From the IMG/VR virus record IMGVR_UViG_3300020202_000061, positions 250,950 to 314,949 of that record: DNA of 64,000 nucleotides. One strand, written 5' to 3'. Of this stretch, positions 52,831 through 61,825 are shown in pieces. The notes under the pieces were generated by a model. It was given only the letters and a program-made list of their open reading frames with translations. It was not told the origin of the DNA and did not search any database. The stretch comes from a virus. How positions within the stretch are numbered: the stretch's first letter is position 1; every line of letters begins with the position of its first letter. Both the position numbers and the translations under genes were made by a program.

Positions 52831-53621
52831 TCAAGAACTGGACGGACTTCGCGTCCTGCTATCCTCTAATGAAGGCTCTGGTCGATCTCATGCCGGGTGG
52901 GGAGAAGATCGCGGAAATGAGCTACGAGCCCATCCAGAACGATACCTCGTTCCGAGTAGATCGGCACTCCTATCTGGATGCGGAAAAGCTTCCAGAGGAA
53001 CTCCGCAAATACGCACCCAAGCAGGTGTTCTGGTGGAGGGACGGCCTTCGTCATCGAGCCCATGCACGACACGAGACGTTCCACGGCTCTGTGCTGCTCG
53101 CCTACGGCAACATCGCGATTGAACCGGCTCCACATCGGTCCTGGAGCACAGGCTCTTCCTGGGCCGCCAATTCGCCCATATTCAGCTACCCTCGTAGTCA
53201 GCCTTCATGGAAGGATGTTCCGGACGATTACCTGCATCGCGAAGATGGGTTTCCGGCACTAATCGGACTATTTGGGTATCATGGCAAGTTCAACCCCCTG
53301 ACCCAACTCCCCTATGGGGATGTGCGCAAGCGCACGATCACCTGCACCCATCTGACCGGTTCCTGGTGCCGCCACGGTCGTCCCTATCGCGCATTTGGAC
53401 CCTGTGGTATGATCATCCACTCCTACCGGGAATTCTGGGAGGACGGTAAGCGATCCAATTGCAGGCATTCCAGCGTGGACACGTATTGGCGTCCGACTCC
53501 GGAGAAGGACCTGGACGAGTTCAAAGCGTTCCGGGCTCGAATCCGAAAGACCGATCCCTACCAGAACATTTATTTCCTGGATTCGGTGAATCGCACGGAG
53601 TACGTGACCAGATTTGCTTGA
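52827..53621 (+). CDS. hypothetical protein, member 2 of the array
   Basis: TTG 52827 overlapping upstream TGA; FWWRDGLRHRAH repeat variant; start uncertain. Confidence 0.45.
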   Translation: MIKNWTDFASCYPLMKALVDLMPGGEKIAEMSYEPIQNDTSFRVDRHSYLDAEKLPEELRKYAPKQVFWWRDGLRHRAHARHETFHGSVLLAYGNIAIEPAPHRSWSTGSSWAANSPIFSYPRSQPSWKDVPDDYLHREDGFPALIGLFGYHGKFNPLTQLPYGDVRKRTITCTHLTGSWCRHGRPYRAFGPCGMIIHSYREFWEDGKRSNCRHSSVDTYWRPTPEKDLDEFKAFRARIRKTDPYQNIYFLDSVNRTEYVTRFA

Positions 53622-53646
53622 CAAAACTCAGTGAAATCCTTAAGAT
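53618..53646 (+). promoter_or_regulatory. sigma70-like promoter
   Basis: TTGACA 53618-53623; 17-nt spacer; TAAGAT. Confidence 0.55.
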
Positions 53647-53652
53647 ATTAGG

Positions 53653-54552
53653 ATGTTCACGAGCATTCTCGACTATATCCGTTCGGACCTCTACCACACG
53701 CTGGCGTACCGGCACCCGCGCAGTCAGGTCCGGCATGATCCGCTCGCTCTGTTCCAGAGTATCGATGGTGTGAGCCTCGGCAAGCACTTCTGGGGTGATC
53801 GCGAGATCGAGACGAACCTTGCCAAGACCAAGCCGGGTTCGTTCACCACGTTCGATCATTTCTGGTTCATTCCGGATCGCGCCAACTACCAGAACTACAT
53901 CCTCGGCCTCGCCCAGAACGAGATCGAAATCGCCGCTGATGATATCCCCGATCTGATCGGGTTCGAAAGCGAATTTGGTTGTCGTCAGCATCAGATCGAC
54001 GGGCTCATCAATACCCAACTGGATGGTTCTCCCTCGGTGGAAATGCACAACCTCTACCTCTACTGGGGCTATTGGGATGGGGAGATCGATCACAAAGAGA
54101 AGCGTCGGAAGAAATTCGTCTGCCACCGTGAGAATGGCCCGGCTCGGGTCTATATGAGCAAGCTCAAGAAGTGGCACAAGGATGGCAAACGGTATCGGGT
54201 CGGGAGTCAATCCACGATCACCTGCGACCGGTTCCATGCCTTGTGGATGCACAAGGGTGAACTGATCGAGGGGCAACACCAGGAACGGCCCCAATCCGTG
54301 TGTGTGACCGACTTTCGAGAATGGGAAAGCGTGAAGTCGAAGAAGAGAGGGCTTGAGGTTCAACAGACCGCCAAGATCGATTACATCTGGCGGATGAACC
54401 AACGGACCTATCACACGAAGGTTCTCGAACCGATCTACAAAGAACTATCCCGCCGGGGATTGGATTTCAACCTGCTCGCCACGGGTTCGGTCTACGGATC
54501 ATCTGTCGCTCGCATGGCGTTCTATTCGGAGTTGTCCAAGCATGTCGGGTAG
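53653..54552 (+). CDS. hypothetical protein, member 3 of the array
   Basis: 299 aa; YWGYWDGEIDH…HRENGPARVY repeat. Confidence 0.55.
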   Translation: MFTSILDYIRSDLYHTLAYRHPRSQVRHDPLALFQSIDGVSLGKHFWGDREIETNLAKTKPGSFTTFDHFWFIPDRANYQNYILGLAQNEIEIAADDIPDLIGFESEFGCRQHQIDGLINTQLDGSPSVEMHNLYLYWGYWDGEIDHKEKRRKKFVCHRENGPARVYMSKLKKWHKDGKRYRVGSQSTITCDRFHALWMHKGELIEGQHQERPQSVCVTDFREWESVKSKKRGLEVQQTAKIDYIWRMNQRTYHTKVLEPIYKELSRRGLDFNLLATGSVYGSSVARMAFYSELSKHVG

Positions 54553-55411
54553 TATCGTAGAGTATCTGGCCCAGGCCGACATCTACTACTTGTTGTTCCA
54601 CGAGGCGGCCTCGCGTGGTCAATCCGTGCCTTTGGGCAAGACCTTTCCGATCTACTCGGTGAAGGTCAGTAAGGGTAAGGTGGCGGATTTCGACTACACC
54701 GATTTCATGGGAATCGAACGGGCAGACTTCAATCCAACTCTGGCCTCGTTGGTTCCGGAGCATGATCTACCCGACCTCATCCTGGTGCAGAGCCGTCCGG
54801 AGTACCACTTCAACAAGGACGGACTCCTGCACGGTCCTCATGGTGGTGGACAGAGCAATCCCTCGCTCAAGATTCGCAGCATGATCCTGTTGTGGGGCTC
54901 GATTTCCTCCGCAATCACCGGAACAATGGAACGGATCAACAAGGCCAAACCCAGAGGAACCGAAACCACACCAAACCGCTACATTCAGGTACGCCGAGTT
55001 AATGCTCCGGCTATCGTTCGTATGGATCACGTCCGATTCTGGCACAATTGTGCTGAGGTCCAGTGGATCAACTGCGGCAAACTCATGTGCCATTGGGTCC
55101 ACAAGGAACGACTCCTCCGAGACAACGGTGGTCCCCACACGACTCTACTGGAGGAGATCAGGATTCTCCCTCAGAACGAAGGGGAGGGATTGGTCCTCAA
55201 CGATCACACCGTTACCATTGACGTTGTCGATCATACCTGGAACACCATGGGTGGCAAAAACATCGCTCAAAAAACAGTGCAGCGGGTTCTCGACGCCAAA
55301 AACATCCGCTATGAAGAGTTCTCAAAGGACCAATTCTTCAAAAGCCAACAGGAGTTCATGATCTTCCTCCAAGGCATGCAGGACGAACTCGCTCGGGATC
55401 GAATCGTATAA
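54542..55411 (+). CDS. hypothetical protein, member 4 of the array
   Basis: 289 aa; FNKDGLLHGPHGG repeat variant. Confidence 0.55.
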   Translation: MSGSIVEYLAQADIYYLLFHEAASRGQSVPLGKTFPIYSVKVSKGKVADFDYTDFMGIERADFNPTLASLVPEHDLPDLILVQSRPEYHFNKDGLLHGPHGGGQSNPSLKIRSMILLWGSISSAITGTMERINKAKPRGTETTPNRYIQVRRVNAPAIVRMDHVRFWHNCAEVQWINCGKLMCHWVHKERLLRDNGGPHTTLLEEIRILPQNEGEGLVLNDHTVTIDVVDHTWNTMGGKNIAQKTVQRVLDAKNIRYEEFSKDQFFKSQQEFMIFLQGMQDELARDRIV

Positions 55412-56001
55412 TGACGAATTCACATCCCGCTCATGACCTGGATTGGTACGTCTGCAATCTCAAAGGTCTCCAGACCGAGGTCTATGCCGGAATCAAATGC
55501 ACGTCCAACGCGAACCTCGATATAAAAACGAACAACCCCGAAAGGGGGAGTGTGGCAGAGATTACCTACCGCGATCTGATCCTACACTTCTACCGTGAGA
55601 ACGAACACATCAAGGCGATCCTCCGTGGTGGCCGACATCGCTTCGAGCATGGCCAACTCCATGATGGGGTCCGACCGGCTGTAGAAATCGAATACATCGA
55701 ACTGGTCTGGCAGAACGAGTTGGGCGAAAAGTTCCGCAAATTCGGTCCGGTCAGTGTAAGCATTTGGGATTATCGCGCCAATTGGTCCAACGGCACTTTT
55801 CTGATGGACCAATCCTCCATGGTGAAGGAACAGTTCCTCAACTATGATAATCGTGAAATTTTTCACGAAGCAGTAGATGCCTGGAAGAAACAGAGTAAGA
55901 TCAAGGCGGATCATTTCTCGTTCGACTACATCACGGACGGTATCCACAAACTGTCTATAAGCGCGGAACTCTTCAGGTCGCAAGATACCATTAGCAAATA
56001 A
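55411..56001 (+). CDS. hypothetical protein, member 5 of the array
   Basis: 196 aa; RGGRHRFEHGQLHDGVRPAVEIEY repeat variant. Confidence 0.5.
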   Translation: MTNSHPAHDLDWYVCNLKGLQTEVYAGIKCTSNANLDIKTNNPERGSVAEITYRDLILHFYRENEHIKAILRGGRHRFEHGQLHDGVRPAVEIEYIELVWQNELGEKFRKFGPVSVSIWDYRANWSNGTFLMDQSSMVKEQFLNYDNREIFHEAVDAWKKQSKIKADHFSFDYITDGIHKLSISAELFRSQDTISK

Positions 56002-56026
56002 ATACGGGGGAACAGGAGAATCCCCC

Positions 56027-56653
56027 ATGGTATTGAGCGCAACATCCGCAGCCACCCTTACTCAAAACGTCATCAACGTCCAGGAGAACCGTCTCCTCGT
56101 GGACGAGATCGGTGGTGCCGAGTCTGCCATCCGCAACGCTGCGCGGCGTCAGCATTATAAGGTTGCTTACAACGCGACGAAAATCGGCAATCCGCCACTG
56201 GATGATCTCGATCAGGGTCTGACGGTGGTTCAGGAGGAGTTCTACGACGCCTTCAAGAATGCCGGATACATTGTGCGGCGCGACGAAGATTCTGGATATT
56301 GGCTCCTACGGTGGGCCGTGTCCGGGGCTGAGGAACTGGTGCGGCTCTATTCGGTGCGTACGATTGTGTCGCCCGGCACCAACGAGTCTCAGACGCTCAC
56401 CGCAATCGACGCGTTCTTCACCACCCAGATTGCCCCGAAAGCGACCGTACGCTCACTCTTGGTCAATCCGATGGGATCGGGTGGAAACATCGACGAGACC
56501 CAGTTCGGGGCGACCGCGAGCACCTTCTACGAGTACGTGGCTATTGTCCAGCAAGGTACCGATCTGGACCATGCTGCGGCCCTGAAGTCTTACTTGGTGA
56601 ATTCGGCGATTGGGTTTGCCACGAACAATGTGGCCGTCTACAAGATCGCTTAA
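56027..56653 (+). CDS. hypothetical protein
   Basis: ORF 208 aa. Confidence 0.55.
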   Translation: MVLSATSAATLTQNVINVQENRLLVDEIGGAESAIRNAARRQHYKVAYNATKIGNPPLDDLDQGLTVVQEEFYDAFKNAGYIVRRDEDSGYWLLRWAVSGAEELVRLYSVRTIVSPGTNESQTLTAIDAFFTTQIAPKATVRSLLVNPMGSGGNIDETQFGATASTFYEYVAIVQQGTDLDHAAALKSYLVNSAIGFATNNVAVYKIA

Positions 56654-57066
56654 CGCTTCAGATTGAATTTTTCGCGAACGTCGTTAGCGAGCCTTGCCAG
56701 TTTTTCCTTGATCGTCTTGGGGTCGCCTTCGGACTCAACGATGATCTTGGCCTTGGCCAAGTATTCTACCGTGGCCTGAGCACCTAACTGGCATATCTTG
56801 GCGATGTCGTAGAAGTTCACCGCGATCAATGAGGCTTCCCGACCCAAGTGCACGGGGGTTTCCGGATAAGCGCTGAGGAAATCTCGATTCACACAGTTCT
56901 TGGAGAAATCCTCCGGGACCTCAACCATTTGATACTTGTACTCGGTGACTAAGACCTTCTTGGTCCCGGCGCAACCCGTGGCCAGAAATAGAACAGTGAT
57001 GATCAACAACATCCAAAGCAAAATCTTGAATGCTCTCTTCGAGTTGTAAGGAGAAACTTTGATCAT
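56650..57066 (-). CDS. putative outer-membrane spanin (lipoprotein)
   Basis: signal peptide plus lipobox LATGC; follows the i-spanin-like gene with ATGA overlap. Confidence 0.5.
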   Translation of the reverse strand: MIKVSPYNSKRAFKILLWMLLIITVLFLATGCAGTKKVLVTEYKYQMVEVPEDFSKNCVNRDFLSAYPETPVHLGREASLIAVNFYDIAKICQLGAQATVEYLAKAKIIVESEGDPKTIKEKLARLANDVREKFNLKR

Positions 57067-57533
57067 GGCTGAACCTCCGGCTTCAATTCGGGCTGTAGGG
57101 TCGGTACCGGGGCTGGCGTCACCGGAATGTTGAGTTCGAGTTTGCGGATGTCCTCCAGAGTCTTCTGCAAGACTTCGGGAATCTCACCATCCTTCAGTTG
57201 ACCCTCTTTGATCTGCTCAGTCAGATTACGGACGTTGCGGAGGAGCTTCTCCTGCTTCTGCATGAAATCCTGGATCGCCTGCTCACGCGCCTGCATGACC
57301 TCTTCCATCGTCTCCAGATGCTCCTGCTGCTGTTTCAGATGGTTTTCGACCTGCTCCTGAAATACCTTGTTCACAGCTTCGGTTTCGATAGACTTCTTCC
57401 ACCACATATATCCGAGGAACAAACCTAGGGCGACGACGCCAACCAGAAGGAGCTTTCCACCAATTCCCTTCAGGAATCCGAAGAACGGAAACATCGCAAG
57501 TAATTTGGCACCCAAAAAGGCAAACGGGAGCAT
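57063..57533 (-). CDS. putative inner-membrane spanin
   Basis: N-terminal TM LLLVGVVALGLFLGYMWW, long coiled coil, Pro-rich C-terminus; coupled to the downstream lipoprotein. Confidence 0.55.
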   Translation of the reverse strand: MLPFAFLGAKLLAMFPFFGFLKGIGGKLLLVGVVALGLFLGYMWWKKSIETEAVNKVFQEQVENHLKQQQEHLETMEEVMQAREQAIQDFMQKQEKLLRNVRNLTEQIKEGQLKDGEIPEVLQKTLEDIRKLELNIPVTPAPVPTLQPELKPEVQP

Positions 57534-57598
57534 GGTTGAAAATCCTCAATCGTATACTCATTTATTTAGGGGAACCCGAGGATTTCATAAATATTAAC

Positions 57599-58405
57599 AT
57601 GAGAGTCATCGTCTGCGGTGGTAGGGATTTTGAGGACGTAGAATTCGTCATCCACTACCTAAACCACGTCCACAACTGGAATCCGATCACCTGTGTGATT
57701 GCCGGAGCCGCTCGGGGTGTGGACACGTTTGCGGAGCTTTGGGCGGACGAGATGGGTATTCCCAAGGAGGTATATCCGGCTGACTGGGACAAACACGGGA
57801 AGTCTGCGGGACCCATCCGTAATCAGGAAATGCTCGACAAGTCCAATCCGGATATGATCATGGCCTTCCCTGGTGGTCGTGGAACCGCCCACATGTTCAA
57901 GATTGCCGAGGCCCATGGAGGTGTCGATCTATGGCAGTCCAAGCAGATTCTCTTCCGTAAGCGCGATCCCAAATACGGGTTCATGTCGAATTTTGCCGAG
58001 GGGTTTGAATTCGTCGATCAGGATGGTCTGATTTGGTCCACCAGCGAGCACCACTATCAGGCTCAAAAAGCCACAAACGAGGAGGATCGCAGCCGGGTCC
58101 AGATGGCCCGTACCGCATTCGATTCGAAGCAGATTGGTGGTTCTATTACCCTGCGTCCGGACTGGGACGAGGTCAAGATAGACTGCATGCGTCAAACCCT
58201 GGCTCTGAAGTTCGCTGAAGGTTCGAAGGCGGCCGATCGCCTCATGGACACCCAGGCGGCCTATCTCGTAGAGGATACGCCCTGGGGCGATCAATTCTGG
58301 GGGAAAACCTATGGTGTCGGAGAGAGTCATCTGGGAAAACTCTTGATGGAACGTCGTGAATCCCTTATTCTGGGGACTCCTGTGAGGATTTGGTATCCCG
58401 AGTGA
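57599..58405 (+). CDS. SLOG (DUF2493) – NADAR (YbiA-like, DUF1768) fusion protein
   Basis: N-terminal VIVCGGRDFEDV…AGAARGVDTFAELWADE…GPIRNQEM (DUF2493/SLOG); C-terminal FMSNFAEGFEF…WSTSEHHYQAQKA…DWDEVKIDCMRQTLALKF (NADAR). Confidence 0.75.
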   Translation: MRVIVCGGRDFEDVEFVIHYLNHVHNWNPITCVIAGAARGVDTFAELWADEMGIPKEVYPADWDKHGKSAGPIRNQEMLDKSNPDMIMAFPGGRGTAHMFKIAEAHGGVDLWQSKQILFRKRDPKYGFMSNFAEGFEFVDQDGLIWSTSEHHYQAQKATNEEDRSRVQMARTAFDSKQIGGSITLRPDWDEVKIDCMRQTLALKFAEGSKAADRLMDTQAAYLVEDTPWGDQFWGKTYGVGESHLGKLLMERRESLILGTPVRIWYPE

Positions 58406-58638
58406 CTTATCCACAACTTACACCACTAAACGGCACGAAAACGCATCCGCTGAGCAAGCATGCGCTTGAAGTGATTGAACGTTTGCGCCTAGGCCCATTG
58501 CCACGCACAGAAATCAATCCGGGCGTATGGAACCGTTTACTTCGCGAGCCGGATTTGGTAGAGGAAGTGTGGTTGCCGAGCCCGTACAAAACGGTTCGTG
58601 GCAACGTCCTTTTCCTCAAGCTTAAAGAGGCATCCTGA
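58390..58638 (+). CDS. hypothetical protein
   Basis: ORF 82 aa; start uncertain. Confidence 0.35.
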   Translation: MVSRVTYPQLTPLNGTKTHPLSKHALEVIERLRLGPLPRTEINPGVWNRLLREPDLVEEVWLPSPYKTVRGNVLFLKLKEAS

Positions 58639-58823
58639 TGAAACAGGTCTCCATCCGAATCGGTGGACTGTTGAGGTGTTGCACCACCACAATACGGGAG
58701 GACGCGGAGACCCGCGTGAGTAAACCGCAGGAGGGAGAACGTCTCACCTGCAAATATTGCAACAATGAAGATATCATCTTTCATAAAGGAGCCTGGGAGT
58801 GGGTTCGTGAAAAAGCTCACTGA
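58638..58823 (+). CDS. small zinc-ribbon-like protein
   Basis: 61 aa with CC…C and CKYC pairs. Confidence 0.4.
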   Translation: MKQVSIRIGGLLRCCTTTIREDAETRVSKPQEGERLTCKYCNNEDIIFHKGAWEWVREKAH

Positions 58824-59073
58824 CAAACAGGCTATTCGAGTGGCTTTGAGTTTGGCCATCGACTACGAAGAATCCCTGATCGATTCCTACAGTAGTGTGT
58901 CCGATTCGGCCGAGAAAGAAGATGTTGTGGGTCGTGCACAGAAACGAATCGACGCGTTCAAGCGTGTCCTACAACGCTACTACGGGGTGAAGTATCAACA
59001 CCCCATGTTGAAGGACGTGGGCAAACCAATACCAGTGTTGACATTTTTGAAGGGAAAACAAGACAATGAGTAA
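58765..59073 (+). CDS. hypothetical protein
   Basis: ORF 102 aa; true start probably internal. Confidence 0.35.
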   Translation: MKISSFIKEPGSGFVKKLTDKQAIRVALSLAIDYEESLIDSYSSVSDSAEKEDVVGRAQKRIDAFKRVLQRYYGVKYQHPMLKDVGKPIPVLTFLKGKQDNE

Positions 59074-59266
59074 GGTTGTGAGTCCGATCTGCATGTCTCG
59101 CGACAAATACGGCAACTACTGTCTCACCGGCACTGCTCTTGATGATGAGTTCCACAAAGACATCACCAAGGAAGAGGCAAGGAAGATTCTGAGCGACCGC
59201 AAGTGCCCACCTGATCTACTTGAAGAGATCATGTCCCAGACAGGCGCTGGCGTGGTGATGTGTTAG
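59066..59266 (+). CDS. hypothetical small protein
   Basis: ORF 66 aa. Confidence 0.4.
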   Translation: MSKVVSPICMSRDKYGNYCLTGTALDDEFHKDITKEEARKILSDRKCPPDLLEEIMSQTGAGVVMC

Positions 59267-59679
59267 CGGCGAAGTGATTTCCGCGTCAGATAATTGATCA
59301 CCGAATCGGTCAGCGCTTCCATGCGATCCTGGAGGCGCTGGATCGACCGCTTCACCTCGATGATCTGGCTCTCGACGTTCTTGATCTGCACCCGCACGGT
59401 GCCATCCAGGGTCTCCTGAAGCACTGCAAGCTTCTGTTCGAGGTCGGCGAGTTCCCTCTGGACCTCCTCAATCTCTTGCTCAGTCTTGGGATCAGCATGC
59501 TGAACGGGGTCCTTTTCCTTCTCCCCATCCACACGATTCTCGATCCACATACGAGCGACCTGAACCACACCAAGAACCACGGTGGTGACCGCACCCAAAA
59601 CGGATGCGACTAGGCCAAAAGCTCCGGCCCAGGATAAAGGTTTGAAAACCTCTACAATATCAACCAACAAGTCCATCAT
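59263..59679 (-). CDS. membrane-anchored coiled-coil protein
   Basis: 138 aa; N-terminal TM then coiled coil. Confidence 0.45.
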   Translation of the reverse strand: MMDLLVDIVEVFKPLSWAGAFGLVASVLGAVTTVVLGVVQVARMWIENRVDGEKEKDPVQHADPKTEQEIEEVQRELADLEQKLAVLQETLDGTVRVQIKNVESQIIEVKRSIQRLQDRMEALTDSVINYLTRKSLRR

Positions 59680-60214
59680 GACGGAATTCTGCCTTTAGGC
59701 GATACAGGTCTTTAAGAACCGTGTACTCGGCTGTTACATCTCGAATGATCCCCACGGTGCCCAGGTACTCCCCGTTTCTGATCGGGTAATAATTGATATG
59801 CAGGGTATGACCCCGATCCAGGGTCACCTCAAATTCTCCTTCTTCTCCTTTCGTGGCCAGGGTCCAGTGATCCTTCACGAACTCTCGCCACCGACGCCCA
59901 AAGATGAGTTCACCCTGCTCGGGCAACTTCATCTGAGTTGATTCCTTCGGGGTAAATCCTAGAAGCGTGCAGGCAGAGGGGTTGACAAACTCGATACGGC
60001 CATTGGGGTCCGTCTTGAACAGACCGATATTGATCCGCTCGGCTATGATTCGCAGAGATTCTTGTGCCTCGAACAAAGGCTTTTCATATGCTTCCATCGC
60101 CAAAGGTCCAAAATCGTTATGACCAGCATATTTATGCCATGCACGATCCGTGAGGCGTTCCACCGGGAACAACACGACGTTTTTGACGAGCGCAACATTT
60201 TCCCTGGTGTACAT
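59660..60214 (-). CDS. PAS domain protein
   Basis: GLFKTDPNGRIEFVNPSACTLLGFTPKE… single PAS fold; 184 aa. Confidence 0.6.
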   Translation of the reverse strand: MYTRENVALVKNVVLFPVERLTDRAWHKYAGHNDFGPLAMEAYEKPLFEAQESLRIIAERINIGLFKTDPNGRIEFVNPSACTLLGFTPKESTQMKLPEQGELIFGRRWREFVKDHWTLATKGEEGEFEVTLDRGHTLHINYYPIRNGEYLGTVGIIRDVTAEYTVLKDLYRLKAEFRHDGLVG

Positions 60215-60321
60215 GAGAGTTTTCCTCCGGGGTTATTTACGACCTCGAAGGATTAGACAACCCGTGTGGGTTGTAAATTTTGGATTAAATTACAACGTGT
60301 TATAACAAAAGTGTTAGGCTA

Positions 60322-60726
60322 TTATTCTGAAAAGTAAAAAGCTTCCGGACCGTAAAGGACCCAGTTGCAAACCATCAACACGTTGACCACGACCATCGCC
60401 CATAGCAGCCAACGGCCCCAGTTGTTTTTGAACAATTTGAATCGTTCATGGACCGCGACCAAAGCCAGAACCACACCTGCGCCCCCGGCTGAGAAAATTC
60501 TCCACCTGGAATGACCGTCCTCGGCGAGTTGCACGGGATCGGAGAAGTAGAGCAGGGCAATCCACCCAAGCAGTCCCACGACGAACATCGTGAGAAGGCT
60601 CCATCCCTTGGCCCCGCTCAGATCGAGTGAGACCTCTTTGGACTCGGTGATCGAATTCAGCGTGCCGGGGAACGACACAAGGAGTCCGCAGAAGAACGCC
60701 AGGAGAAGAATCAGTTGAGTGCTCAT
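60322..60726 (-). CDS. integral membrane protein (4 TM)
   Basis: ORF 134 aa, four hydrophobic helices. Confidence 0.5.
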   Translation of the reverse strand: MSTQLILLLAFFCGLLVSFPGTLNSITESKEVSLDLSGAKGWSLLTMFVVGLLGWIALLYFSDPVQLAEDGHSRWRIFSAGGAGVVLALVAVHERFKLFKNNWGRWLLWAMVVVNVLMVCNWVLYGPEAFYFSE

Positions 60727-61139
60727 GAAAATTTGATCCTCATGCGCAGGGCGATGATGACGATAGCAGAGTAGGGACTGCGACTGGCCAACACCTTGTA
60801 GTACCGGTACGGGTCATCCTGGCGCAGAGCCGCGCCCCACCACGGACGATCCTTCGGAACAACCGATTGCCAGAGTTCAGCCAGATGCCACCCCTCGGGG
60901 ATCACCTTCTGGGCATCCTCGAAATCGCTGAGGTAACGAGGTGCCTTGTAGACGAACTCCTGCTGGGTCAGTTTCCAGTAGATGGCCTGCTCAATATCAC
61001 GGAGTTCTTGATCGTCCAGAAGGATCGGAGGATTCTTCTTGGGGTCCTCCGGGATCAACGCGTGGCGCTCCAGCTTCTGGAGGATATCCTCCAGTGGGCC
61101 GTCCATGAGGGGTTCGAGTTGGTCCTCGTTGTAGGCCAT
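60723..61139 (-). CDS. hypothetical protein
   Basis: ATG at 61137-61139 (complement) inside ORF 60723..61235; start overlaps the upstream stop. Confidence 0.45.
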   Translation of the reverse strand: MAYNEDQLEPLMDGPLEDILQKLERHALIPEDPKKNPPILLDDQELRDIEQAIYWKLTQQEFVYKAPRYLSDFEDAQKVIPEGWHLAELWQSVVPKDRPWWGAALRQDDPYRYYKVLASRSPYSAIVIIALRMRIKFS

Positions 61140-61825
61140 CACTTGACTTCTTTGGTGTTGTCGAACACACCCAGATGGATGTTGAAATCCGCTCCCGTAT
61201 TGAACAGGATCAGCGTGTGATGGGGATTGCGCCAAACCGTCTGGGGCAGATGACGACTACAATGGAGTTCGCACTGGTAGGTGGGTTCGTCCTCCATTTC
61301 CTCTCGGGTGTCGGCGAAGCTGACCTCATAGGAGGTGACCGACCAGAAGTAGTTGCGGCAATCCACCAACGGGAACGTGCGGTAGCCCTCCTCGTAGCCG
61401 AACAGCTTGTGGATGTCCTGTTCCATCTTGAAGTAGTCACTAAGATGGGCGTTGGCTCGATCATGAGCACGCTGTTCATCCTGAGCCTTCAAGATAGCTT
61501 GATGATCCGGATTGATCGCCCATAGCGGAGGATCATCATTCGGAACCGCCTGGATGACCTCGGCCTTCTCCACCATGGAATGCCACGACAGGAGGTCCGT
61601 GACCTGTCCAGATCGACCCTTCAACGAGTGGTTCTCACAGATGAAATCCACCGGGTGACCCAGCACGGTCATCCACTGAAACTCCACATAGGAGTTACCC
61701 TGGTTGTTCGCGTTGAACGCGGCCAACACGATCAGATTCTCCATGCGCCGAACCCCTGTGTTCAGGGTACGATGCAGACGAAGAACATCACCCTTTCGGG
61801 GATCAAGACGTGGGTCACGCGTCAC
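61139..61825 (-). CDS. hypothetical protein
   Basis: ORF 228 aa, GTG start. Confidence 0.5.
   Translation of the reverse strand: MTRDPRLDPRKGDVLRLHRTLNTGVRRMENLIVLAAFNANNQGNSYVEFQWMTVLGHPVDFICENHSLKGRSGQVTDLLSWHSMVEKAEVIQAVPNDDPPLWAINPDHQAILKAQDEQRAHDRANAHLSDYFKMEQDIHKLFGYEEGYRTFPLVDCRNYFWSVTSYEVSFADTREEMEDEPTYQCELHCSRHLPQTVWRNPHHTLILFNTGADFNIHLGVFDNTKEVK

Noticed and set aside
213-53646. Possible CRISPR array from the recurring 29-nt elements
   Set aside because: The repeats are promoters (-35, 17-nt spacer, -10) spaced irregularly kilobases apart in front of genes, not short regularly spaced direct repeats. No CRISPR array was found.
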